Of a stretch of DNA of 64,000 bases, positions 43,890 through 55,340 are shown piece after piece. The stretch is from the NCBI GenBank assembly GCA_937625935.1, contig OW569370.1:310001-374000 (forward strand), written 5' to 3'. A program made the position numbers and the translations under genes. Each line of letters starts with the position of its first letter. The first letter of the stretch is position 1. The notes beneath the pieces were generated by a model, which saw only the letters and a program-made list of their open reading frames with translations, was not told the DNA's origin and ran no database searches. Source of the DNA: Tetramitus jugosus. Lineage: Eukaryota; Protista; Heterolobosea.

Positions 43890-46800
43890 ATGAATGAGGA
43901 AAACAATGATGGCCGTGGTTCTTCTTATTCGTTCCAGTTGAAAAGTTTTTCAAGCAAGCTACGGCACTTTACACTCTATGAATCTGATCAACGGTTCTAT
44001 CTCGTTGGTTGCGACGTGACACGAAAACATTATCGAATTCTCAAATTGGACAAACAATTCAAGTATATCAACACCAACAACAGTAGAGGTGGTGGTAGTC
44101 ATCAACCGACACAATTGATTGAGGGTGCATCATCATCATCATTGGCAATGTTGAACATTTCAGAAGACGCAGGCGTGTACACACTGTCTCAAATGAATCA
44201 CTTGTTGAACATGATTCATTTGTCGTCATTGCGCAGTAGTCAAAATCAAAGCAATATCGGCGCGAATAGTAGTAGCAATAGCAGTACAAATAGTAGTAGT
44301 AATAATAGTAGTAATAGTAGTAGTAATAGTAGTAATAATAATGGTGGTGTTGGTGTTGGTGGTAGGGGATTGGTGAAGCGTGTTTCGAATGCGCATGGCC
44401 TACTTGGTTTCATAAAGTTCACTCATGGTTATTATTTGATTCTGGTGACAGAGAAGAAGAAGGTTGGAATGATTGCGAGTCATTCGTTTTATGAGATTGC
44501 AAAGACTGAGTTGATACCATTGTTTGTTACGATTGATGTATCGTCGATTGAGTATACTCGGTTGAATAGCAGTGGTGGTGCTCGAGCATCTTTGTGGATC
44601 AAGAATCAGGCGAGTTCATTCTTTCAGAAGCGGTTGAGTCTTCACAGGGATGACGAACAAAAGTACAAGGAGATTTTTATGGGACTCGATCTGACAAAGG
44701 ACTTTTATTTTAGTTATACGTATGATATGACCAATACGTTGCAACGGAATATGATGATGATGAGCGATGAGGATGATAATAGCAATCATCATCAACAACA
44801 AAAATCCATGTTCGAATGGAATTCGTTTCTCATGAAGCCGTTCAAGGAGCGTATACCGAACAATGCATGGTTATTGCCTATTGTTCACGGTCATTTTGGT
44901 CAATCAACGCTATCTGTATTCGGAAAGATTGTAAATATTGTACTTATAGGTCGCAGATCTCGTTATTTTGCTGGAACTCGATATCTGAAGAGAGGAATCA
45001 GTGATAATGGTTATGTGGCGAATCATGTAGAAACAGAACAAATTGTGTATGATCAGGACTCTCTGTCTTCTAGACAGAGCAAAGGATTATTCAGTTCGTT
45101 TGTACAAACAAGAGGCTCCATTCCTCTATACTGGTCACAAGCAATTGTAACAAAGATGGTGAATCCGAAACCGGAGATTGTTATGGGAAAATTCGATCCA
45201 CTGTATACTGCATCAGCGAAACATTTTGATAATTTATTGGATAGATATGGAACGCCTGTGTGTTGTTTGGATTTGGTGAAAACAAAGGAGAAGAAGCCAA
45301 AAGAACAAGTACTTGGTGATGCATATCGTGTTTGTGTTGACTACTTGAATCAAATATATCCTTTGGACAAAAAGGTCAAGTATACCTCATGGGATTTCCG
45401 AAGAGCAATCAAAGAGAAGCCTGAAAAGGCATTGAATGAACTAACAGCTTTTGCAGAAGAAAACTTTGAGTCAACAGGAATGTTTTGCAGCAGATCCTTG
45501 GTGCATAAGGATGGATATTGCCTGCAGAATGGTGTTTTACGAACAAATTGTATTGATTGTTTAGATAGAACGAATATTGCCCAATTCTTTGTTGGAAAGT
45601 ATGCACTAGGTCAACAATTGTATGCTATGGGAATATTGGACTCTCCTCATTTAGTGTACTATCCCGATATAGTTCGAATCCTTATGGTACTCTATGATCA
45701 AATGGGAGATAAAATAGCATTACAGTATGGAGGTTCGAGGACCGTGAGTGCTGGTATTAATCATAGAGGCTACAGTTGGGATCTGTTGACTTCCTTGACC
45801 AGATACTATAGCAATAATTTTAAGGACACTACCAAGCAGCATGCTATGAATCTATTCCTGGGAAACTTTGTTCCCAATTCACACCAAAACATGCCCTTGT
45901 TATGGTATCTGGATACTGACACATACCTTCACGATAATGATAAATCTGATAGCTCCATAATGGAGGAGTATTTCATACCAGAGAGAGATGATACCGAACA
46001 AATTGAGGACTACTATGAGGAAGTGTATGGTCAACATAAAGTTTCAGATTTAGAAGGATATGTGGAGTACAATGATATGACCACAGAATCACCCAGAAGA
46101 AACTCAAAGAAGCTAACTGCTGATTCTCCTCGCCAATCTCTGGAGAACAATAATACTGTAACAGAAAGTGATACTCAGAAAAAAGAAACTGATATCGATG
46201 TCGAGGATACTTTTGATTATGTTGCTGATTCTACAAGTCAAGCTGAACTTCTCACACATTTTGAGGGCAAAATGAACGAACCGTCCATTATTCATTCCGA
46301 GTTGACTCATAACGACTCATTCGTGAAAGACCTGAGCAAAAATATGCTTCGCTATCAAAAGGAGAATGAAGCAGTCATACAAGTTATGAGTCATGAACAA
46401 CAGGACATTGATTTGCTCAAAATGTACGTCAACGAGTACTCGGGTGACAAAATTTCAAGTGTGACAAAAACAACAAGAAGAACGATCAATAACAAGAAGA
46501 GGACTATCCTCGCGCCAACAGAAACCGCACTTGTGTCCCAAAAAGCTCTACAGAGCAAGAGTGCGTACGAATCATACATGAATCGCTTTTCTCCAAAGAA
46601 AGGAAATCTCACTCGATCAGAATTGCTCTCAAAAGATTATGCACTCTATCAACAGTATTTGAATGTTCGAACTTCAGATAATATGCAAGAGCAAAAGAAG
46701 GAGCAATACCAGAATTTAATCAAGACTGGAGACGCTGATGCGATTTTCCTTGAGACAGCAAGAGTGAACAGCTACCCACATCCTCACTTTACAAAACTGC

Positions 46801-48179
46801 AACCATTTTTCACAAATCTAGACTCAAATCAACAATTATCAACGAGAATAGCTCAGATTATCTATAAGATGAGAAATGAGATCACTATTGTAGATAGAGT
46901 TAGGCATCCAAGGCCTGCAAAAAAGAAATTCTCTCAGATTGGCCTACTTGAGTTGCTCAAGGGACGTTTGTATCGTCACTGCTTCTTGGGATGTCATGCC
47001 ATCGATTGGGTGATTGAGAATAGTGGTCATGGTGATTACATACAGAAGCGAGTGGAGACAAGGGAGGAAGCAAGGAGTTTCTTGCAAATATTACTGGAAG
47101 CGTACGTGTTCCATCATGTAGCATTTGCTAGATCATTCTTGGATGGTCATTATCTGTACAAGTTTGCATCTGATGACCCTGTCAGTGTTTTGAATATGCA
47201 TCAGCTACATCAAGCAGAAGCCAGACCTGCACTTGTTGTTTCGCTTGATGCTTTAGCCAAGGTTACAGAAATTTACCAAGAAATGTTTCTCGTGGATCAA
47301 AGATCCTTGAGCATCAAGGGAAAACAGTTCTTTGAAAAGCTATCTGAAGCATCGCGGAGCGTAATTTATTCGGCACGATTCAAACGCTTCCTAGATGTTT
47401 TATGTGAATTACAAAGAGTCGATTTGCATCTGCCTCGTCGAGAACGATTATGTTTCTTTTTAAATATTTACAACGCACTGCTATTGCACGGATTGCTCAT
47501 TTCAAGCTTAGCACCAGATTGTAAGCTTCATGGTATGGCCACTCACTCATTCTATCGAAGGATATGCTATCAGATTGGAGGTTTTAAATTTTCGCTGAGT
47601 GACATCAGAGATGGAGTCCTAAGAAACAATAAGAGCTACCCTAACACGTACATCCCCGTATTCACCTCCATGGATGGAATTGATCCTCGCCTAAGATTCT
47701 GTATCTCTCCTGAAGAAGTTCGAATTTTGTTTTTGTTGGACAAGGTGGATCATTTGTGGAATACTGAGGGATACGTAACCATTCCCAGAGTTGGAAACGA
47801 ACAATTAGATAGCCACAATATTTATCATACCGATTCAAACGAACAATATGAAAATGTATTCTCGCACGTCGAGCCTCGTACATTAGAAGCGGTCCTACAA
47901 AGAGAAGCCGAGGACTTTTGCATGAACAATATTTTTATAGACCCAAACACTTGCCAGATTAATTTGCCCTCATTGTTCGGTATATATTGTGATGACTTTG
48001 GTGGCTCTGACAAGGCTGTAATTCAAACATGCTATCATTTGACACCACCTTCATCTCTCCTGCGCTCCCAGCTATCTGAAATGTTTGAAGTGGAAAACAT
48101 AAGCATAAGCAAATCGAGCCTTTTCGACTCGAGTCTTACTTCCCCCCAGAAAGTTCTCCCAAATATTGGTTATAATTAA
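43890..48179 (+). CDS. FIG4: FIG4-like SAC-domain phosphoinositide phosphatase with C-terminal DEP and DUF547-like domains
   Basis: RRSRYFAGTRYLKRG, VANHVETEQIV, RGSIPLYWSQ, catalytic RTNCIDCLDRTN, IALQYGGS; then CFLGCHAIDWV and FFLNIYNALLLHG. Confidence 0.88.
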   Translation: MNEENNDGRGSSYSFQLKSFSSKLRHFTLYESDQRFYLVGCDVTRKHYRILKLDKQFKYINTNNSRGGGSHQPTQLIEGASSSSLAMLNISEDAGVYTLSQMNHLLNMIHLSSLRSSQNQSNIGANSSSNSSTNSSSNNSSNSSSNSSNNNGGVGVGGRGLVKRVSNAHGLLGFIKFTHGYYLILVTEKKKVGMIASHSFYEIAKTELIPLFVTIDVSSIEYTRLNSSGGARASLWIKNQASSFFQKRLSLHRDDEQKYKEIFMGLDLTKDFYFSYTYDMTNTLQRNMMMMSDEDDNSNHHQQQKSMFEWNSFLMKPFKERIPNNAWLLPIVHGHFGQSTLSVFGKIVNIVLIGRRSRYFAGTRYLKRGISDNGYVANHVETEQIVYDQDSLSSRQSKGLFSSFVQTRGSIPLYWSQAIVTKMVNPKPEIVMGKFDPLYTASAKHFDNLLDRYGTPVCCLDLVKTKEKKPKEQVLGDAYRVCVDYLNQIYPLDKKVKYTSWDFRRAIKEKPEKALNELTAFAEENFESTGMFCSRSLVHKDGYCLQNGVLRTNCIDCLDRTNIAQFFVGKYALGQQLYAMGILDSPHLVYYPDIVRILMVLYDQMGDKIALQYGGSRTVSAGINHRGYSWDLLTSLTRYYSNNFKDTTKQHAMNLFLGNFVPNSHQNMPLLWYLDTDTYLHDNDKSDSSIMEEYFIPERDDTEQIEDYYEEVYGQHKVSDLEGYVEYNDMTTESPRRNSKKLTADSPRQSLENNNTVTESDTQKKETDIDVEDTFDYVADSTSQAELLTHFEGKMNEPSIIHSELTHNDSFVKDLSKNMLRYQKENEAVIQVMSHEQQDIDLLKMYVNEYSGDKISSVTKTTRRTINNKKRTILAPTETALVSQKALQSKSAYESYMNRFSPKKGNLTRSELLSKDYALYQQYLNVRTSDNMQEQKKEQYQNLIKTGDADAIFLETARVNSYPHPHFTKLQPFFTNLDSNQQLSTRIAQIIYKMRNEITIVDRVRHPRPAKKKFSQIGLLELLKGRLYRHCFLGCHAIDWVIENSGHGDYIQKRVETREEARSFLQILLEAYVFHHVAFARSFLDGHYLYKFASDDPVSVLNMHQLHQAEARPALVVSLDALAKVTEIYQEMFLVDQRSLSIKGKQFFEKLSEASRSVIYSARFKRFLDVLCELQRVDLHLPRRERLCFFLNIYNALLLHGLLISSLAPDCKLHGMATHSFYRRICYQIGGFKFSLSDIRDGVLRNNKSYPNTYIPVFTSMDGIDPRLRFCISPEEVRILFLLDKVDHLWNTEGYVTIPRVGNEQLDSHNIYHTDSNEQYENVFSHVEPRTLEAVLQREAEDFCMNNIFIDPNTCQINLPSLFGIYCDDFGGSDKAVIQTCYHLTPPSSLLRSQLSEMFEVENISISKSSLFDSSLTSPQKVLPNIGYN

Positions 48180-48180
48180 T

Positions 48181-51100
48181 TTATGTATTTTTTGAATTGG
48201 CACTCACCAAATTTTCTACGTAATCCTTCAATTTTCCAATCTCTTTCTGTTGTCGTTCGAAGTCTCTGTTGTTGTTGTCGATTGTTTCAAGGAACTCCTT
48301 CACCTTCGACCTATCCAATGTTGTTTGAGAGGAAGTGAGGCTTCCTCGAGTCGTGGAACCTGAATTACTTCGACTACGACCACTCTTAGTGCTGAAAAAT
48401 GAGTCTGGTGTCCGGACTCTTGTGATTATCGAAGAAGCTTTAGATACACCCCTCACCTTGCCACTTGAACTTATCGAAGACCGGAGAGAATCTAATGTCT
48501 CAAAAAGTTGTGTTGTATTCTTTTCTTCATGTTCATCTTTAAGTCCCTCCACATCTGGCAGCTGCTGTGGATCTATATTCGAGCTCTGCGTCAATGTACT
48601 CTTTAGTTGATACTCCAATGATAAAATCTTCTGTCTTTGTTTTTTCTGCTCCTTCCTCAATTGATTGATTTCTTCTACCAGAGTTGAGTTCTCTGTATTC
48701 CTCCTAACGATTTCCATCTTTGAATGTGTTGACTTGTGTTCAAATGCTTTCCGGAATGTATTCATTTGTTGTTCTAAGAATTCTCTCTGTCTGTCGAACT
48801 CCATGATTTGATCTCGAGAAGTTCGTTCTTCTTCACTTCCTTTGTCAAGAATGGCTGAGTACTGATTGATGATTTTTTTCAACTTTAATAGGCTCGTCTT
48901 GTTGTCACCACTACTGCATAGTTGAGAGAGATTACCCAGTAGTAATTCTAAAACTCGTGATTTATCCTCGAATAATTGCCTGTACTTCAGAATTTGCTTT
49001 CCCATTACGTCTGACTTCTCGATCTTGTTCGCAAGTTGTCCTTGTATGCTATCCATGGTAGTCTTCACTTTCTGAAGCTCCTCATCTTTTGCTTTTAAAT
49101 CATTTCTCATTTCTTTGATGAGCTCTTCCTTTGGAGCTACTTCTCTTGTCAAACGATTGAATTTGAATGTCAGAACATATCTTAATTTCTCCAACTCCTC
49201 CGTTTGCTTCTTCAACTCCTGAATTCTTTTTTCTTGAAGTGCTATCTTCAAATTCTTTTCCTCCTTCTCTTCTTCCAGTTCTACAATTTGTTGTTTATCA
49301 TCCTCTCCCTTCTTCTCCGCTCTTCGAAGTTTGTTTGTTTGTTCTTGATGCTTGAGCTCCATCTCTTTCCATTTCCGTTTAAAAACCTCAGCATTATTGG
49401 AAAATGTCCCAGCTTTGGCTTTCTCTTCTGTTATCTGTTTCTTATGAATTTTGATGTTGTCATGAAGAACTTCCTTTGTTTTTTGTAATTCCTTCTCGAA
49501 GTCCCTCTCAATATCATCTTGGGTTTTTTCAAATACTTCGTTCAATCGAGTGTACTGATCAGATAATTGCTCCATTAATTGATTTTGATTCAACCTATCA
49601 TGTTCGTACTCCTCTTTAATTCTAGTTAATTCTCGCTCTTGTGTGTCTCTTAACTCTTGGATAATATCCGTGAGATTTGATATCTCCTCGTCTTTGTCGG
49701 TCTTCGTTTGTTCCAGCAGTCGCTTAGAACTCGTCTCGAGTTTCAAAATCGTGTCCTGAGCCTGCATCTCAGCTCTGGTTTTACTTTGCTCGAGTTTCTC
49801 TAGTTTCTCTTTTGCTCTGATTTGCTCATCAATAATTTTCTGTTTCAGTTCGTTGTATCGCGATGTCCACTCAGAGATCTCCTCTTTAAAACTTCTTCTT
49901 TCTTTAGCTAACGCTTGCTCGTTCTCCATCTCCGACTTTTCCCTTTCACGATCAAAGTCAGTTTTCAACTGTTCTATCCTAAGGTTGAGATTTGCTATCA
50001 TGGTTTCGGACTCCTCCAGCACGGTACCGTTCGCTATGAATAAATCCTGCATTAATGAATAGTCGAATTGTAATCTATTTCTCGCACCGAGAGTTGTTAA
50101 ACTAGAATCAGATAATGGTACTGATAGATCGCTCGATACCCCTTGAGAATCTCCGTGATATTCATACATGTTTAGAGTCGACATCATGCTGACGATAGTC
50201 ATCATAAATAAGCTTCCATCGTTTCCCATAGTCAGAATGAACTGTTCATCCGTCGTAAGAGACACACAACATATAGCGCCTACATGTACATCGTACTGGA
50301 GGTATGGCTGGGCTAGTGGTGGCCAATCCGAAACTAATAATCTTCCACAGCTTGTTCCCACAAATAACAGTGAATGAAGCTTCGATATTCGGGCACAAGT
50401 TAGATCATATTGAGGGATATTAATCTCAGAAAATAAGTCATTTCCTCTGAAGCTATATATCTTTCTATCGTTTCCCACTGCCACAACAATATTTCGATCA
50501 CCATCAAAATCGCAAGACCGAAAAGAACAACTCTTAATAATATTTTCAGATATTTTACCTGAACCAATGACTGTTGTGGCCTTCTCAATAGATAAATTAA
50601 TTGAGGGTGATTGAGATATACCAGATGAACTGTTATCCATCAGTTGAGTGTAGAACAAATGAAGTGAACTTAACGTACATGGATGAACAATTGTCCACTC
50701 ATATTTTGCTCCCTCATGACCAACACTTACCAGCCTCATATCTTGACCTGGGACATCTTTATCCAACTTACTCCATTGAGCTGCTTTCACAAGACCAGAA
50801 TGCCCCCGTAATGTTTTCAATACTTTGAAGCTGTAAGCTGATATGATCAATACGTTAGTACTAGTCACTGCGAAAAATCTATCGCCACTTCCACTGAATT
50901 GGACGATTGACACATTTTTCAACTGCCAAGAACAAACCAAGGATAATTTATCTCTCTCAATGTTAAAGAGACAGAGTTTGAATCGAAAACCAATTAAAAT
51001 GCGAAACCCAGTGGGACTTAAGGACACACTTAGTGTTTCTTCTGGAAAACTCTGAGTGAGTTCGAGACACCTTCTACGATAATTATATATTCTTACAGTA

Positions 51101-52598
51101 CGATTACTCACAGATGCAATCAAGGATTTCTGATAGCATGTATCAGTCGAAAATGTTCCATAACTCGCTTGTTGATGAATATTCGAATTGACATTCAGTT
51201 GTTTGGCAAAAATTGATGCATTATTGGAAACTGAACCTTGAATTGATGAATTGCCAGAAGATTTTTGGTAATAATGATAATCATGAAAGGAGACAGGCAA
51301 ATGATTGAAGTTGTCTAAAGAATTTTCTTTCAGAATATCCACATTCGCAAGTGCAAAATGAGCTATTTGATTATCCTCATAGGCTACAATAATTGATTCC
51401 TCCATTTTCGAAACACACATTCCAAGTATACTCTCCTTTCTATTGTTCGATGATCTGAACCTCTTGTAATGATTGAAATATTCTGTGTCATATGTTCGTT
51501 CAAAGACAGACAAGTATCCTCCCTCTCCTCCACAAACAAAACCTCTATCAACACTACATAATGTTAGTATTCCTCCCGCTACATTTTGTGGATGAATGTC
51601 CCGAATTTCTTTTACGATCTGCATTTTATCTACAACAAGAACTACACCTTCCTCAGTTCCAACAAGTAATTTTTCATCGTCGAACCATACATGACAAGTG
51701 AATGCATATTTTCTACTAGCTGGAAGAGTTGTGCTTTGGATAGTATTTGAAGAACCCTGTTTCTTCATTGAATTATTGGATGTATTGCTAAATATTGGAT
51801 CGAAACTCTTCAATTCGTTTTCTGTAAATCGCCAAATTTTTAGATCCTCACTTCCTGTGCTTGCAATCTGCCAATGTGCATAAGGATTCATGCTAATAGA
51901 GTCAAGTGTATGAGCGTATAGTTTACTTCCTAGTTTTTTCATCTTATCCAAAGCATATAGAACCACTTCATTATCCAAAGCAACAACAAAGTATTTACAA
52001 TCTCTGCTCCAGAAAAAGGATTTAATCTCTCGTTCACCAAATTGTAACACTTTAAACTTTGAGGCTTTTTGAAAATCATAAATAGATAGTTGACTTGTCA
52101 TCGTTCCGGTCGATGTCAACTCGTTGGTTTTCGATACAGATTCACATAACGTAATGTATTGTTGATCTGGTGATACGACGAATGCGTTAATTCTTGTGGT
52201 TTTTGGAGATTTCAGAAAGAATCGATGAGTTCGCTTCTCATAGTTGTACTACATTACATCCAACAACAAATAAATATGTATCAGAAATAATTTCAAAGTT
52301 GACAACGGTGTTGAATGTCATTACATACCAGAGCTACATGTTGACCAACCAGATACACAATATGCTCATCGTCGTCCAAGTGTTGAATAATTGGAGACCC
52401 GGTGCTGCTCCCTCGAAACCCCAGAGCATGTAAATACTTTAGATGAGGTTTTGTTACTGATCCAATCGGGTTTCTTTGGCTCATTGGGGCTTGGATAGCA
52501 CTTGAATCTTTCTCCTTGTTTGAGGAACTGATAGGATCAACTATCAAAGAGGATGACACTTCATTCTTACTTGTGGTGGCCTTAGACCGAAAACTCAT
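48181..52598 (-). CDS. CFAP57: Cilia/flagella-associated WD40 + coiled-coil protein, 2 exons (52598-52329, 52248-48181)
   Basis: WD40 N-terminal half (SVSLSPTGFRILIGF, LRGHSGLV) and long coiled coil with ELEKLRYVL and ENSTLVEEINQLR; the intron 52328-52249 joins in frame (GQHVALYNYEK). Confidence 0.8.
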
Positions 52599-52900
52599 CT
52601 CTCACTTGTTCGTTGCTAACCTCCTCCTCCGGAATGAAGCATTTTGCGCGCTTTCCCGCAATTAGCCGATGGATGCAACCAACTGTAAAATGACATTAGG
52701 CGCCAATTAGTGTTCAATGTCCCAAGTTTTGGCAAGAGAGCAAGTCATGTGTGATAATTTCACGGTAGTAGTCTAGACATAATTGGATTTTTTTACTGTT
52801 GTTTGTTGTACTAGTAGAGTATGATACTTAATGTGGTTATTATTATTCTAGATAGTATTTGTGGTCGTATAGCACAGTAGTTGCAGCTATGAGAGCGAAT

Positions 52901-53749
52901 TTACTCTTGCTTCTTGTTCTTCTTGCTTTGCAATTGTTCCAACTTCTTTCTGTGAGAAGCAGGAATAAAGTCCATATTGACCTTCTCGTTACCAACAGAG
53001 AGAATCTTGTCCTCAGAGACTTGATCTCCAGTGGAGGTGGTAGTGCTGCCACCAACCTTCTTCTTTGCAACCTTGCTTCCAGAGAATGCAAAGTAAGCAC
53101 CATAGAAAACAACAGTCATCATACCGACAATCATGGTCATTTGAATCAAGGATCCAATGGACAACAATGAATCTTCCTTGGCAACAAAGGTCAAAGTCTG
53201 GTTGAATGCAATGCTTCCAAAAGTGTCCTTGTTGGAATTCAAGTAAAACACTTCAACAGCAACAGTGTAGTCTCTGGCTTCCAATTGTGGGGAGGCAAGG
53301 AAGGAGTAGAGCAAACTGGCGGATTGGTTTGGACCAATGGTCACATTGTAGTTGAATCCAGTAAAGTTTTGAATGATAAAGGTTGGATCAATGGTGGAGA
53401 TCAAGTAACCTCTGGCATATTGAATGTTGAAGATGGCTTCTTCACCTTCACCAGTGTTCTTCAAACCAAGCAAAACATCGACTTGTTCAGCAACTGGAAT
53501 CTTGGAGGCGTCCTTGGCCAACAACAATGAGTGAGTAACGATATCAGGTGAGCTAATGAAACCAGTGAATGTTTCTTCACCGATTGGTTGTTGTGCATCG
53601 ACTGGCACTTCATCACCAATGGTGTTGGCACCACTTGCATCTTCATCAATGGATGCATCCTCTGCATCTTGACAGACAGAGAAATTAATGATACAGGAGA
53701 AGACTACGAGAGCCAACACGCACAATAGTAGAATTTGTGAAACTTTCAT
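52901..53749 (-). CDS. SSR1: Translocon-associated protein alpha subunit
   Basis: Signal peptide, acidic patch, SPDI, IQNFT, AFNQTL, TM helix, MDFIP tail. Confidence 0.88.
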   Translation of the reverse strand: MKVSQILLLCVLALVVFSCIINFSVCQDAEDASIDEDASGANTIGDEVPVDAQQPIGEETFTGFISSPDIVTHSLLLAKDASKIPVAEQVDVLLGLKNTGEGEEAIFNIQYARGYLISTIDPTFIIQNFTGFNYNVTIGPNQSASLLYSFLASPQLEARDYTVAVEVFYLNSNKDTFGSIAFNQTLTFVAKEDSLLSIGSLIQMTMIVGMMTVVFYGAYFAFSGSKVAKKKVGGSTTTSTGDQVSEDKILSVGNEKVNMDFIPASHRKKLEQLQSKKNKKQE

Positions 53750-54002
53750 GTTTTTGTTGTTGTTGTTGTTGATAATGAATTGTTGTGTTCTTTTTTTTTC
53801 ACCGACAAAAAACTTGTTCTTCTGATCGTCGATCACACTTGGGAGAGAATTGCTGTTGTTGCAATAGTTTCCATTCCACGCACAGTTTACAATCGAAAAA
53901 TGCCCACACGTCACACTTCATTCATCTCATTGAAGTCGTTTTTTTCCCTCGTAAATCTTCGGGGAAAATAAAAAAGAAACATTTACGTTTTTTCTCAATC
54001 CA

Positions 54003-54941
54003 TCAGCAACATTTATTCGAGTTCTTAGTCTTGCCATTGTTTTCTGCCTTCTTGTTTGCTTTTTCAAGGTTAAATGGCCGATCCGTAAAATTATCATCTC
54101 TGTTGTTCTTCGTATTTACATTGTTTTGATTGTTGTTGGTGTTTCCACGGCCTGCCTTGCCCTGTGATTGCTGCTGTTGCTGTTGTTGTTGCTTTTGTTT
54201 CATGTACTCAACAGCAACATACTGAAACACATTATCGACATTGAAATTGTTCTTGACACTAGCTCTGTAGAACTTGACTTGCAATCGAGTGGCCAACTGC
54301 TCTGCCTCATCCTCTTCCACCACTCTCTCAGACAAGAGATCAATCTTGTTCTGGATCAACACTCGGCATATACTGTCATCACACTCTTTCAACACTTTTT
54401 CATTCCATGTTTCAATTGCTTCAAACGAGGCTCGATCAGTTGTGGAGAATGCAAGAACGCACGCCTTGGCACCTCTATAGTATTGTTTTGTCATTTCTAC
54501 AAATTGTAATTCACATGTGTGCATTGCATTACATGATGTATTTATAAATGAGACATTGCATTTCGAAAGAAAACAAATAAAATTGGTGAGCTTCCAATAC
54601 CACAAAAAGCAATATCATGATGCCAAAAAAAAAACAAAACATTGAGAGCGCGCGAATGAAAATCTCTCGCGCTCAACTGGCAGTTTTGTCATCAACAATA
54701 ACAACATACCTGCAAATTCTTCTTGTCCAGCCGTATCCCACAACATAAACGTAATATTCTGCTCAATGTCCTTGACAAACATTTCCTTCTCTGTGAAACT
54801 GACACCAATCGTCTGTTTATAATTCTCATCGTACTTTCCAGTGGCAAACTGTCTGACGAGACTCGTTTTTCCGACTCGGCCATTGCCAACGACAATGACT
54901 TTCATTGTGTTGTCAAAATCATCATCAAAATAATCATCCAT
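54003..54941 (-). CDS. RAB23: Rab23-like small GTPase, 2 exons (54941-54710, 54496-54003)
   Basis: GNGRVGKT, WDTAGQEEF, TKQYYRGAKACVLAFSTTDRASF, QNKIDL, C-terminal CC. Confidence 0.85.
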
Positions 54942-55340
54942 TTTTCTTCTTGTTGTTGTTTTTTTGTAAAGTTGTTGTCGTTGTTGTTGTTGTTTTCGCT
55001 GTTATGATTTTGAGCTAGTGATAGGTTATGTTTGTTGAATTGTTTTGTTTTTGAATATTCCACGTGGTTTTCACACAACTCACCAAATTGAGATTGTTGA
55101 GATAGAGAGATAATTGGTGGTGGGCTTATGTGAGTGAGCTCTGTGTCGTTTTGGTTTGTTGTTGTTAGTAATTTTGTCTTGTTGTGGCACTGTTTCAGCG
55201 AATCAAGGTTTGTCGGAACTCGGGCAATTTAAAAATGACATGTGACAGCATGAAAAAAATTGGAGATGCAGAAATTTATTTGGTGTTACGTTTGAGGTGT
55301 TGTGAGCCCCTTTTTGCCCATTGAGGATAAGGTTTGATTG

